A stretch of DNA of 64,000 bases, taken from positions 15,024-79,023 of IMG/VR virus record IMGVR_UViG_3300009136_000001; one strand, 5' to 3'. Under the pieces are notes generated by a model. It searched no databases, had not been told where the DNA came from, and saw only the letters and a list, made by a program, of their open reading frames with translations. Positions 1 to 9,404 of this stretch are shown here, piece after piece; the first letter of the stretch is position 1; each line of letters opens with the position of its first letter. Source of the stretch: a virus. The position numbers and the translations under genes are program-made.

Positions 1-1
1 T

Positions 2-961
2 AATAGTGAAGTCGATGAACTATTCCAAGGCACAACGTTTGGAATGGAGTACGACTGCCCTGAGGCTGATCGAACGGTTACGCTACCAGATGGTAACCAG
101 TTCTGCACCCGAGAGTATTCCACTCACAGCATCCATGGCGTAGGTACTGACCCACTCGGAGAATTTAACCTCTTCAGTGGGGAACTACAAATCAAACCCT
201 GCAACTCAGAAGAGTTGCTTCTCTCCGAAATAGATAAAGTCCTTCGAGTAGCTTGTCCCGGTGATCGTGCTGGTTGGCACACCAGTATTCACATGCACGT
301 ACGCATCCCTGCTCTGATCGAGCAGGTGGATCTGTTAAGACAAATCTCCGCATACACATCAGCTCACTGGCACTTGGTTCACCCTTACTTGTTCAAAATG
401 GAAGAAGTTGAAAACGATCCATACTGTAAATGGGTTCGGGATTCAGCTGTGGCTATCACCGGGGGAGTGTATGATGAGGCAGCCCTATGGCGGGGATCGT
501 ATGCAGAGACTTCCAAGGATTTAGCATTAGCCATGCACCTGCGTCATGAGGGTGATCATGTGGAAGCCTGGAAGAATGAATTCTCCCTCCACAAGGGTAA
601 CGTGCAGAGACCTGCTGTCAATTTCTCCCACCTGGCTATGCCGTTACAGACGATTGAGTTCCGGTGCTTCACTGCTACGTTTGATCGAAGCATACTTCGG
701 AATATTATCGAGTTTCCTCTTCAATGGATTCGAGCTGCTCTCATGTTCGACCCTGATCCGGCGAAGATAGTCCGGGGAAAGCAATGGCAAGATCGTGTCC
801 ACATGCCAACTTCAAATAAGATCATTGCTGAACGCACTACGCTGTATCACAATGACCGTGAACAGGTATGCCGGAATATCGAAGCTCAACTAATCTCAGG
901 CAATCTCACACTTGCTGATTTAAACTACCCAAAATACTGGATCGATAAAGGCTATGAATAA
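2..961 (+). CDS. Putative amidoligase (COOH-NH2 ligase type 2), 5'-partial
   Basis: The frame is open from base 2 (NSEVDELFQGTTFGMEYD). TFGxEx, SGELQ, SIHMHV, AVNF and TIEFRCF match the amidoligase_2 motif order. Confidence 0.7.
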   Translation, partial: NSEVDELFQGTTFGMEYDCPEADRTVTLPDGNQFCTREYSTHSIHGVGTDPLGEFNLFSGELQIKPCNSEELLLSEIDKVLRVACPGDRAGWHTSIHMHVRIPALIEQVDLLRQISAYTSAHWHLVHPYLFKMEEVENDPYCKWVRDSAVAITGGVYDEAALWRGSYAETSKDLALAMHLRHEGDHVEAWKNEFSLHKGNVQRPAVNFSHLAMPLQTIEFRCFTATFDRSILRNIIEFPLQWIRAALMFDPDPAKIVRGKQWQDRVHMPTSNKIIAERTTLYHNDREQVCRNIEAQLISGNLTLADLNYPKYWIDKGYE

Positions 962-1010
962 TAACTAAAGTCTGCTATACCCCTCTAATCACTATATAAA
1001 TAGGTTCGTT

Positions 1011-2198
1011 ATGAGTTTACAAGTCTTGCTGGAAACAGGTCGTGAAGTAATCACCCCGAAACAAGAAGAGTACATCGAAAAGATTATCGCTTGTAACGGC
1101 AACAAGCAGGAAGCTGCCGACCAGTTAGGCGTAAGCCGGAGCACAATTCGGTCAGCCATCAAAAGCGCTGAGAAGCGTGTTGCCAAATTCGGATATCATC
1201 CTAAGTCTGGATTGAACAATCCGGCAGCACCCGGCTTCGGAATGAAGGGGTACTCCCATATTCGCCGGGACGAAGAAGGCAAGATGATAGGCTGGGACAA
1301 ATACGTTGTCGACTCGGCTACTGTCGAAGCCATGATGAAACTTGCCATGGAAGAGATGGTCAAGGACATCCCGAAAACCAAACCTCTCAAATTACAAACC
1401 AAGAAATCGGATCCAGATCTTCTCAATCTTTATGTGGTGACGGATTATCACTTGGGTATGTTGGCATGGGAAGAAGAGACCGGAGCTGATTGGGATCTCG
1501 AAATAGCAGAAGATCTGTTGGTAAAATGGTTCCAGGTCGGTATCGCTCGATCGCCAAATGCTGAGACTGCGGTCTTTGCCCAACTGGGAGACTTCCTACA
1601 CTTCGACTCACTGGAAGCTGTGACGCCTACAAGCGGACATCTCCTTGATGCTGACACAAGGTTCCAGAAACTCGTTAGAGTCGCTATACGGGTCATCAGG
1701 AGGATCCTGGCTATGCTTCTGGAGAAGTATCCGAAGGTTGTAGTCCTGATGTGCGAAGGTAACCATGATCTGGCATCATCTGTTTGGCTCCGGGAATGGC
1801 TTGCAGCCTTCTATGATGATGAGCCTCGCATCGTTGTCGATCAATCAGTCGATCCCTACTACGTTTACGAGCACGGATACACCTCACTCTTCTTCCACCA
1901 CGGTCACAAACGCAAGGTAAACAACATTGATACAGTGTTTGTATCTAAGTACCGTGAGATCTTTGGACGCACGAAGCACAGCTATGCACACATGGGACAC
2001 CTTCATCACGTAGACATGAAGGAAACGAACCTAATGATTGTGGAACAGCACCGTACACTGGCTGCACCGGACGCTTATGCGGCACGAGGTGGCTACGGAA
2101 GCGGTCGAGACAGCTCTGTAATCAGTTATCACAAGCAATATGGGCTTGATTCCCGAATTATTGTCACTCCAGAGGCTGCAAATGCTCTCGTGTTCTGA
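1011..2198 (+). CDS. N-terminal HTH plus calcineurin-like metallophosphoesterase
   Basis: HTH (QEAADQLGVSRSTIR), then TDYHLG, LGDFLH, EGNHD, FHHGH and MGHLHH motifs. Confidence 0.85.
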   Translation: MSLQVLLETGREVITPKQEEYIEKIIACNGNKQEAADQLGVSRSTIRSAIKSAEKRVAKFGYHPKSGLNNPAAPGFGMKGYSHIRRDEEGKMIGWDKYVVDSATVEAMMKLAMEEMVKDIPKTKPLKLQTKKSDPDLLNLYVVTDYHLGMLAWEEETGADWDLEIAEDLLVKWFQVGIARSPNAETAVFAQLGDFLHFDSLEAVTPTSGHLLDADTRFQKLVRVAIRVIRRILAMLLEKYPKVVVLMCEGNHDLASSVWLREWLAAFYDDEPRIVVDQSVDPYYVYEHGYTSLFFHHGHKRKVNNIDTVFVSKYREIFGRTKHSYAHMGHLHHVDMKETNLMIVEQHRTLAAPDAYAARGGYGSGRDSSVISYHKQYGLDSRIIVTPEAANALVF

Positions 2199-2240
2199 TA
2201 TACACGAGGTTCAGACTATCAAAACTCAGAGAATCATAGC

Positions 2241-2513
2241 ATGGCAAAGAACAAAACCACCCTTATCGGGGTAGCAGCAGAACTCCAGAAGCGAAAGGGT
2301 AAAGTCAAAGAAGCTCTGGGCGAACTTCCGAAAACCAAACCGCACCGTGAAGATACCGGCAAAGGTAATGGGGCTGGGAAAAAGAAGAATAAGCAGTTCT
2401 TGAAAGATAAGGCTGCTCTTGCTGGCAAATCAAAATCGGATATCGAACGGATACGAGCCGAGCTTAAGCGGAAACGTTTAGCGAAAGAGAAAAAGGCTGC
2501 AGGCGGCAGCTAA
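2241..2513 (+). CDS. Small Lys-rich basic protein
   Basis: 90-aa highly basic ORF in the operon. Confidence 0.6.
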   Translation: MAKNKTTLIGVAAELQKRKGKVKEALGELPKTKPHREDTGKGNGAGKKKNKQFLKDKAALAGKSKSDIERIRAELKRKRLAKEKKAAGGS

Positions 2514-2545
2514 CATCAACCACTATAACAACAGGTACACCCAAA

Positions 2546-2896
2546 ATGAAGTTAGGCGAAATCGTTAATGCACAACCCACTCTGCAAAAGTTGACTCAAG
2601 TTGAGTTACCTATTGCCACTGCAATTGCTGTACTCAAGATCTGCAAGGATACCGCCGATCATGTCCAGGTATTTCAGAAGAAGCAACGTGATTTGTTTGA
2701 AAAGCATGGCAAGCAGGACGAGGAAAAGGATCAGTTGGTTATCCCGAAAGAGGATGCTGAGAAGTTCCAGAAAATCATGCAGAAGTTGATGGACACTCCT
2801 GTCGAATTGGATTTCAAGACACTGCCGATTGAATCCTTCGGTGACGTAAAACTCACCGTCAGTGAAGTAAGCCAAATTTCCTGGCTGCTTGTCTGA
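2546..2896 (+). CDS. Hypothetical phage protein (DUF1617-like)
   Basis: 116-aa helical ORF with a CAGG RBS; resembles common small phage late proteins. Confidence 0.55.
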   Translation: MKLGEIVNAQPTLQKLTQVELPIATAIAVLKICKDTADHVQVFQKKQRDLFEKHGKQDEEKDQLVIPKEDAEKFQKIMQKLMDTPVELDFKTLPIESFGDVKLTVSEVSQISWLLV

Positions 2897-3033
2897 TGGA
2901 CGGGTTGACCGAAGACCAGATCGCTGAATTAGAGCGAAAATGGAAAGGCGACAATAAGGACTCCTCGGGTGAAACCGAGGGGGAATATAGTCGCTATCAG
3001 GACGAAGAGCCTGAGGAACTGGATTTCGGATGA
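2896..3033 (+). CDS. Small acidic hypothetical protein (45 aa, not in ORF track)
   Basis: MDGLTEDQIAELERKWKG...ELDFG, coupled by a TGATG overlap upstream and an ATGA overlap downstream. Confidence 0.5.
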   Translation: MDGLTEDQIAELERKWKGDNKDSSGETEGEYSRYQDEEPEELDFG

Positions 3034-3305
3034 CGCTAAGCGATATCGGTATTGTATTCAGCATGTGCTTCTCCCTTGCGGGAGCAGGCTCAGTAGGTGG
3101 TGCCTATTACATGGAGCACGAACTATCTGAATACGTACCGATATCCCAACTACAAGAAATTTTTGATGGTCGTGATATCAAGGAGCTTCGTGAAAAGATC
3201 AGCTCTCTTGAATGGGATCGTGATCATGGTGGGCTGTCTGAGAAGGAAGAGTGGCAGCTCAAGCAATATCAAGACGCACTGAAAGGATTACTGAAAGATG
3301 GGTGA
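3030..3305 (+). CDS. Membrane-anchored hypothetical protein, lysis-associated
   Basis: N-terminal hydrophobic segment; overlaps the endolysin start. Confidence 0.55.
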   Translation: MTLSDIGIVFSMCFSLAGAGSVGGAYYMEHELSEYVPISQLQEIFDGRDIKELREKISSLEWDRDHGGLSEKEEWQLKQYQDALKGLLKDG

Positions 3306-3738
3306 TTTGAGTCAACGGCTAAGCCGACACGAGTTTGCCTGCAATTGTGGTTGTGGATTCGACACGGTGGATTATGAACTGGTAAGCAACCTTGAACAGA
3401 TTGCCAACCATTTCCTTATGATGGATACCGATGTGGTGCGTACTATTCTCCATATCAATTCCGGGAATCGCTGTGTAGCCCATAACGACGAAGTGCTGCT
3501 GAAATACGACTCAGATTACGTACCGGGGTCAAGCCGGTCGCAGCACTTGCACGGAAGAGCATCAGATTTTCGACTTAGTGCTGTCAAGGAGGATGGTACT
3601 ACTGTTATAATTTCCCCTAATGTGGTAGCTGATTATCTGGAAGAACGCTACCGAGGGGTTCACGGGATAGGCCGATACAATGGGCGTACCCACTACGACA
3701 CACGCACTAACGGGCCAGCCCGTTGGGATACAAGATAA
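3298..3738 (+). CDS. Endolysin, peptidase M15A (Zn peptidoglycan peptidase)
   Basis: EFACNCGCG, INSGNRCVAHN, SQHLHGRASD, GIGRY...THYDTR...ARW. Confidence 0.9.
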   Translation: MGDLSQRLSRHEFACNCGCGFDTVDYELVSNLEQIANHFLMMDTDVVRTILHINSGNRCVAHNDEVLLKYDSDYVPGSSRSQHLHGRASDFRLSAVKEDGTTVIISPNVVADYLEERYRGVHGIGRYNGRTHYDTRTNGPARWDTR

Positions 3739-3941
3739 TGATCAGCAAGAAAGTATTTAACCCTAAGTCCAAGACCCATTGGGTTAACGGCATTGCCATG
3801 GGCGCAAGTGCTGGACTATTGGTGCTCCCCGGATTGAACGGATCGATTCACCCGGAAGCGTACCCCTGGGTTCTTGCTGGATTTGCAGGTGTGAATCATG
3901 TCCTGCGTAATATGACCACCAAGTCGATTGACGACAAATGA
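3738..3941 (+). CDS. Putative holin
   Basis: Small protein with two TM segments, KSKTHW N-terminus and LRxxTTKSI C-terminus typical of phage holins; lies between the endolysin and spanins. Confidence 0.7.
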   Translation: MISKKVFNPKSKTHWVNGIAMGASAGLLVLPGLNGSIHPEAYPWVLAGFAGVNHVLRNMTTKSIDDK

Positions 3942-4204
3942 TCAATCCTCTTACCCTAATCCCGACAGGCATCCTCGGCAAGCTGAAAATTGCTGCCGTG
4001 GTTGTCGTTGGTTTCGTTGTCACGATCCTGTATGCTTTGCTCCAGCGCTCAGAGAAGAAGCGCGAAGTATTCAAAGCCAAGGTCGCTGAGAAAACTCACC
4101 AAGTCAAAGAGAAGGCTTCTCAAGCCCTCACTGACGGTCTGCAAAAGGAATCAGTTAAACAAGCTGAGCCTGTAGACACTACTGATAGGAACCACTTCGG
4201 ATGA
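3938..4204 (+). CDS. Putative i-spanin
   Basis: N-terminal TM followed by a charged coiled coil, upstream of a lipoprotein. Confidence 0.65.
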   Translation: MINPLTLIPTGILGKLKIAAVVVVGFVVTILYALLQRSEKKREVFKAKVAEKTHQVKEKASQALTDGLQKESVKQAEPVDTTDRNHFG

Positions 4205-4446
4205 AACCTATTCTGTACGCTGCAATAATGTTCACACTTTTGGGATGCGGCACCAAAGAGATTCCGGTATCTGCAGCATTAAGCTGCCCTGACCCTCTCG
4301 TATTAGCAGCTCCGTCTGCTGACGAGAAGTCGAAGATCCAAACCATGGATGCCGAACTTTATGAGTACTTTGTCAGACGAGATCGAGCAAATACTGCTCG
4401 ACGCGAAACACTCCAAGCCATCTGCAGGTCGACCCACAGTGAATGA
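4201..4446 (+). CDS. Putative o-spanin (lipoprotein)
   Basis: Signal peptide with LLGC lipobox, Pro-rich segment and extra Cys residues. Confidence 0.7.
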   Translation: MKPILYAAIMFTLLGCGTKEIPVSAALSCPDPLVLAAPSADEKSKIQTMDAELYEYFVRRDRANTARRETLQAICRSTHSE

Positions 4447-4963
4447 TCCAGCCACATTAGAATTGATGATGCAGACGATCATCACGAACCAAGAGCAAAT
4501 GTCTCGTCGCCAGGAATCGCAGGCGGAAGATATAGCCACTATCAAAGATAGTATGGTTCAAATTGTGCTGATCGAGGAACGTCAAACAAACCAGAATCAA
4601 TCTCTCCAGTTATTGCGTACTCAGATTTCGGATCATGATGATCATCTTCATTCCCATGATCTGACATTGCAAACCCTGGTCGAGAACAACAAGAAGAACA
4701 CTGCGAAAGGCACATTGATTGCCAGTGCCATTGCAACTGCTACCGCTGGGTTATTCCTGCTGGTTGCCCAGTTCTTCTTCATCCCAACAGCCCAAGCAGA
4801 TCACCAGATTGAATTTGTAGGTCAACAACTTGATGAGGATTTCATGGGGATTTGTGCTGTACCCAAAGAGGATGGAAGTACGATCTGTGCTGAAGTCCCA
4901 ATATCCACTTTCCGATTTTGTAAATGGAATGATGGCACCCTATCTTGCGAACCAGGTATATAA
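4439..4963 (+). CDS. Coiled-coil + TM + Cys-rich protein (possible holin/antiholin)
   Basis: GTG start overlapping the o-spanin; Gln-rich coiled coil, one TM, then a 4-Cys tail. Confidence 0.5.
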   Translation: MNDPATLELMMQTIITNQEQMSRRQESQAEDIATIKDSMVQIVLIEERQTNQNQSLQLLRTQISDHDDHLHSHDLTLQTLVENNKKNTAKGTLIASAIATATAGLFLLVAQFFFIPTAQADHQIEFVGQQLDEDFMGICAVPKEDGSTICAEVPISTFRFCKWNDGTLSCEPGI

Positions 4964-4969
4964 TAATTA

Positions 4970-5299
4970 ATGAGCGCACCCATACTGCAGTCAAGCCAAG
5001 CCAATTGGGTTCTTGGTAAAAATAATGGTCAGTGGACTTTAGCTGACGACAAAGGTAACCCTCTTTTCCTCTTCCCCGCATGTCTGAGTGACGCCAAGGA
5101 AGTTAATGCCATCAAACGTATGGCAATGTTGTACGAGCAAAGAGCTTATGATGAGGGCGTCGAAATGGGAAAGGCTGCTATGCTAACTGCCAATTCAATT
5201 CGAATGCAAGAAATGCACGATCAGATCCTTCTGCTTGAGCATATGAATGAAGACTTGGCATCAAAGCTGACCAAGTTCTTCGAGGACGTAGAAGAATAA
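4970..5299 (+). CDS. Hypothetical protein
   Basis: 109-aa ORF coupled to the next gene (TAATG). Confidence 0.6.
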   Translation: MSAPILQSSQANWVLGKNNGQWTLADDKGNPLFLFPACLSDAKEVNAIKRMAMLYEQRAYDEGVEMGKAAMLTANSIRMQEMHDQILLLEHMNEDLASKLTKFFEDVEE

Positions 5300-5682
5300 T
5301 GTTTACAGTTGCCATCACATTGTCAACCATGGAAAGTGAGAACCAGTGGGATTATATGCTGACTCACTTCCAGCCGGATCATATTGTCCTTTTAAATGAT
5401 TACCAACCATCCGGACAAATACTAAAAGGTGCTCTTCGTGAGTTCCCTGACGACAGCCCTAAAATCTTTTTCACACCCAAAGATGCATACCGGATTTCCG
5501 GAGAGATCTCATTGGTTGACTTCGTGCATCCGGAACATGCGACCTATATCTTTGGTTCAGACCACCAACACACTCTTGAAATGGTGTGTGACCAGAAAGT
5601 GTATATCCCCTTGGACGATAAATGTGAGATGTACTCCTGGACAGCAGCTGCAATAGTTTTCTGGGATAGACTACATGGCTGA
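5299..5682 (+). CDS. Minimal SPOUT (SpoU/TrmH/TrmL-like) RNA methyltransferase
   Basis: YIFGSD...CDQKVYIP...MYSWTAAAIVFWDR follows the SPOUT trefoil-knot pattern (FGxE...DxxVxIP...SLNxxxAxAIxLY). Confidence 0.65.
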   Translation: MFTVAITLSTMESENQWDYMLTHFQPDHIVLLNDYQPSGQILKGALREFPDDSPKIFFTPKDAYRISGEISLVDFVHPEHATYIFGSDHQHTLEMVCDQKVYIPLDDKCEMYSWTAAAIVFWDRLHG

Positions 5683-7339
5683 TTCAATTACTGACGGACG
5701 GACGCTGATTGATGATGCGGAAGCCGTAACACCTTATGTCGACCTTGGTGGTACAGGTGCTGGTTCTTTAGACGACGAAATCTTCTTCGAGAATGCCGGG
5801 TCTATCGGTTTAGACATTGGCTCGACATTGGATGGTATTTTGTATGATGCTGGGTCGGCTCAAGACTGGTCAGACAACACATTCTACTTCCTGATCAACT
5901 GCGGTATCGTAGGTCTACTTGCTGCGAAAGCCAGCGGTGGTTTCCGTATTCGTTTCTGTGGAGCCACAGTTTCTAATTGGTTTGAAGTATACGTTGGGGG
6001 GAATGATTCCTGGCCTGCATCTTTCGCCGGAGGTTGGTCACTGTTCGTAGTTGATATTGAAACAGCTGCAGCAGAAGCAGCGACTAATGGTTGGGAGAAC
6101 GGAACAGTTCCAGCAACCAGTGCTATCCAATATGTCGGATGGGCTGGTATCACAGGCGGAACCATGCCTCGAATGGTTGACAATACCTGGATGGATGCTA
6201 TGTACCGTCTACCTGATGGTACTGCGGCAATTATCATCCAAGGTGATAATACTGCTGCCGATTGGACTTGGGATGATGTACTTACCGAAATGGCTGCAGT
6301 CGATAGCCCCGTTGCTCGTCTTGGCTCAGGTGGTGCGATTACCTTATCCGGGCCAGTTAGCGTCGGTGCCAATGATTCGGTAACGCATAGCTTTATTGAT
6401 ACCAACAGAATCATCCTCTGGGATGATCAAGAATTCATTCCCGATGACCTTTACACGCTGTCAGCTATAGGCAATGCTGGGGGTACGACTACTATTGAGA
6501 TGGGAATCAAAACTGGTACAGGTCTTACAGCGAGTGGTGCTCAAGGTTGTACTATTGCTGCAGCGGCTTTAGGTGGTCGTTGGAACATGGACTTTGACGA
6601 TCCTAATATTGATACCGTTGGATTCTACGGATGTAGTCTTCAGCACATTGAAGATGCTCAGCTCGATGACGCCGCTGTAGATATCATATCCAGCTTGGTA
6701 ATCGATTCGACTATTCTGACATTACCCAATGCCAACTTTTTAAAGAACAAAATTATTACCCCGAACACTATTGCTACGGAAGCTGCAATTGCTGATGGGG
6801 GTGTCCTTGATGATATCCTGGTTGGTGAATTCGTATCTGGTGGTAATGGCTACGCTGTTGAAATTTCTGTATCAGCCACAGAAGCGCAAGCTTGGGATGC
6901 TATCCACTCTGGCTATGCTGGCACAGATGGTTCAACAGGTAATGAAACTATTCTGGTGAACATCACTTCACCTGATGTACTCACCATTAACGTATCCGAT
7001 TTCGGGGCTACTCCGACTATCCACAAAGTGGGTACTGGTACAGTCACTGTAGTCGCTGGACAGAAAACATTCAAATTTACCGTTAACCCGTCAATTACCG
7101 CATATGAATGGCGGATATACGAGGATAGTGGTGTGCCAGGGGAACTTGGTACCGTCGAACTGGACGGAGAAGAGTCTGCAATCGCAGATAATCAAACTTA
7201 TACCTATTCATACAGCTCAGATACAGCTATAGTAGTTCAGATAATCGCCGAAGGTTATGAAGAGTATACTCATTACGATACTTTACTGAACGGCAACAAA
7301 GATCTAACATTTAATTTAACAGTTGAGGATAACACCTAA
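5675..7339 (+). CDS. Virion structural / tail appendage protein
   Basis: 554 aa, acidic, G/T/D-rich beta composition, in the tail gene block. Confidence 0.6.
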   Translation: MADSITDGRTLIDDAEAVTPYVDLGGTGAGSLDDEIFFENAGSIGLDIGSTLDGILYDAGSAQDWSDNTFYFLINCGIVGLLAAKASGGFRIRFCGATVSNWFEVYVGGNDSWPASFAGGWSLFVVDIETAAAEAATNGWENGTVPATSAIQYVGWAGITGGTMPRMVDNTWMDAMYRLPDGTAAIIIQGDNTAADWTWDDVLTEMAAVDSPVARLGSGGAITLSGPVSVGANDSVTHSFIDTNRIILWDDQEFIPDDLYTLSAIGNAGGTTTIEMGIKTGTGLTASGAQGCTIAAAALGGRWNMDFDDPNIDTVGFYGCSLQHIEDAQLDDAAVDIISSLVIDSTILTLPNANFLKNKIITPNTIATEAAIADGGVLDDILVGEFVSGGNGYAVEISVSATEAQAWDAIHSGYAGTDGSTGNETILVNITSPDVLTINVSDFGATPTIHKVGTGTVTVVAGQKTFKFTVNPSITAYEWRIYEDSGVPGELGTVELDGEESAIADNQTYTYSYSSDTAIVVQIIAEGYEEYTHYDTLLNGNKDLTFNLTVEDNT

Positions 7340-9369
7340 TGGCACTTATTGACCTTTCAAACTTTGGCGACTTGTTGGTTCAATCCACATTAAGTCGTTC
7401 TGGCGCAGTAGACGGCAACATCTTTTTTGATGTGGCTAACGGACGTATCGAACTTGTCACCGTAGGCGAACTCGCTACTTTGAATCTTCATGCTGGCGCA
7501 ACTACCGGCAGTGTCACTATCGATGCTGATGTATCGGGTACTCTGACATTGAGTACTGGTACCTGGCGCGAGACTCATGGTATCTGGAAGATCGGTGCTG
7601 CCATAACTATTGCCGGGTATACCGATACTGACATAAACGGAGCCAATACCATTGCTGCTATCTCAGCAGACGGAACAGTCCTGACAGTTGGTGATAACAC
7701 TGCCTGGTCTACCGAAGCTGGTGGTGGTGATGAATCTGTAGCTTCCGCTACAGAAGCCAACCCCCTTATCGAAGATGACGGGATCAAGATGGAAGCCCTC
7801 TACGGTTTCGAACGCCAAGAGCGTCGAGTCGATGAAACTCTCCGTCAATATGACTTCTATTTCAAAGGTACGTTTAAGTTCGGTGGTGCATACGAGCTGG
7901 TGAACGGACGTAAGTTTGACGATGCCGATGGATCCGCTACTTCTGATACTACTGATGACCGATTCAAGGTACGTGGTTCAGGCTGGATCGAGCGTAACAC
8001 TGCTGGTGCAATTGGACGGATCTGGTACGGAGTCAAGTCCCTGGGTAACATCGAAGCCTTATCTCAGCCGTATTACCAGCTGGGCGACGGTGATGCTCCC
8101 GTAAACTTTGACAAGGACGGGCCTATCGATGAAGCCATTCAAGTGTACGGGGACAATGCTGTTGACGCTAATGCATACACTACCACTACAGCTACTGCAG
8201 CCTCACAAACCATCACAGTTGTTGCCGCAGCTCGAACCTTTACTCGATCCGCTGGCAGCTATCTTACTGACGGATTCCTTGTGGGTGAGCGATTTACTGC
8301 TGCAGGTCTCGCCTCTAATACTGGCACTTACACTGTTGAATCTGTAACTGCTCTGGTAATCACGGTCACTGATGATCCGAACAACCAGACTACCGATGAT
8401 ACTGGTGATGCTGATGAAGTTCTGACAGTAAACGGTATCGACACCAGGATCTTCCTGTCGAACAAAGTCCGTACCTACGGTCAGAACTACGATGAGAAGC
8501 AACTGGGTGACTCAGGTGTAACTCAAATGGACGGTTACGCATCTGGTTTCGCACTCGGCGAATCAGTTCACTTGACCTCCGGTAACTACACTCTGGCTGA
8601 CGTTTATACCGCTCAGGTATCTCCGTTCACAGGTTTGAGCTTGAAATCATTTGCTTCAGGTCAGGACAAGTCAGGCGAAAACTTTACTGATGGCACAGGT
8701 ACTACCGAGTTCACCTGGATCCTTGAGAACACTCTTGCAGCTGATCTTGATGAATGTGTCGCCTTCCTTGATGCGTTGGCTCAAACCGACGATGACATCG
8801 ACGAAGGTACTGGTACTGTAAACGGCAAGCGAGTCGGTGTGTGGTACAGCTATAACGCTGCTGGTAAGGTTTTGCCGGTAGTAGGAACTGGTGCAGCTGG
8901 TGAAGGACTCTTCATTGACGGCTTACTGGGTACTGACAAGAACCGGGTCATCTTTACTGATGATTCCAGCACTGTCCGTGAATACCCGGCATACCAGAAC
9001 ATTACTGTATTCGTCGGAGCTGACGCTGTTGCAGATGCTAACGCATGGTTCCATGCCTTCTTCGAAACAGGTATTGGCGCACAAGCTGGCAACGACTTCG
9101 GTACTGCTACTGCAATCACTATCCAGGAACCTGATACCACTCTCGTCAAAGGTGACGTAGATGGTACTGGTCTCAGTGTTGGAAACAACATCTTATTCGA
9201 GTTCGACTACATTGGTGACACCATTGGTGGTACTGCGAATTCCGCGAAAGACTGCGTATTCGAATGTGAGGGTGATGGTGGAGTAACTGCTGCAAAGACA
9301 ATCTTTGCATTGACTACCGCTGCAGAAATCTCAGCTACTTGCCAGCCCGCTGTCGAAACCAACGTATAA
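7339..9369 (+). CDS. Virion structural / tail protein
   Basis: 676 aa, acidic, beta-rich, with two similar inserted beta-domains. Confidence 0.6.
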   Translation: MALIDLSNFGDLLVQSTLSRSGAVDGNIFFDVANGRIELVTVGELATLNLHAGATTGSVTIDADVSGTLTLSTGTWRETHGIWKIGAAITIAGYTDTDINGANTIAAISADGTVLTVGDNTAWSTEAGGGDESVASATEANPLIEDDGIKMEALYGFERQERRVDETLRQYDFYFKGTFKFGGAYELVNGRKFDDADGSATSDTTDDRFKVRGSGWIERNTAGAIGRIWYGVKSLGNIEALSQPYYQLGDGDAPVNFDKDGPIDEAIQVYGDNAVDANAYTTTTATAASQTITVVAAARTFTRSAGSYLTDGFLVGERFTAAGLASNTGTYTVESVTALVITVTDDPNNQTTDDTGDADEVLTVNGIDTRIFLSNKVRTYGQNYDEKQLGDSGVTQMDGYASGFALGESVHLTSGNYTLADVYTAQVSPFTGLSLKSFASGQDKSGENFTDGTGTTEFTWILENTLAADLDECVAFLDALAQTDDDIDEGTGTVNGKRVGVWYSYNAAGKVLPVVGTGAAGEGLFIDGLLGTDKNRVIFTDDSSTVREYPAYQNITVFVGADAVADANAWFHAFFETGIGAQAGNDFGTATAITIQEPDTTLVKGDVDGTGLSVGNNILFEFDYIGDTIGGTANSAKDCVFECEGDGGVTAAKTIFALTTAAEISATCQPAVETNV

Positions 9370-9404
9370 CTCGGGGGTATAACCCCTGGGTTAAGTAGTT
9401 TCAC

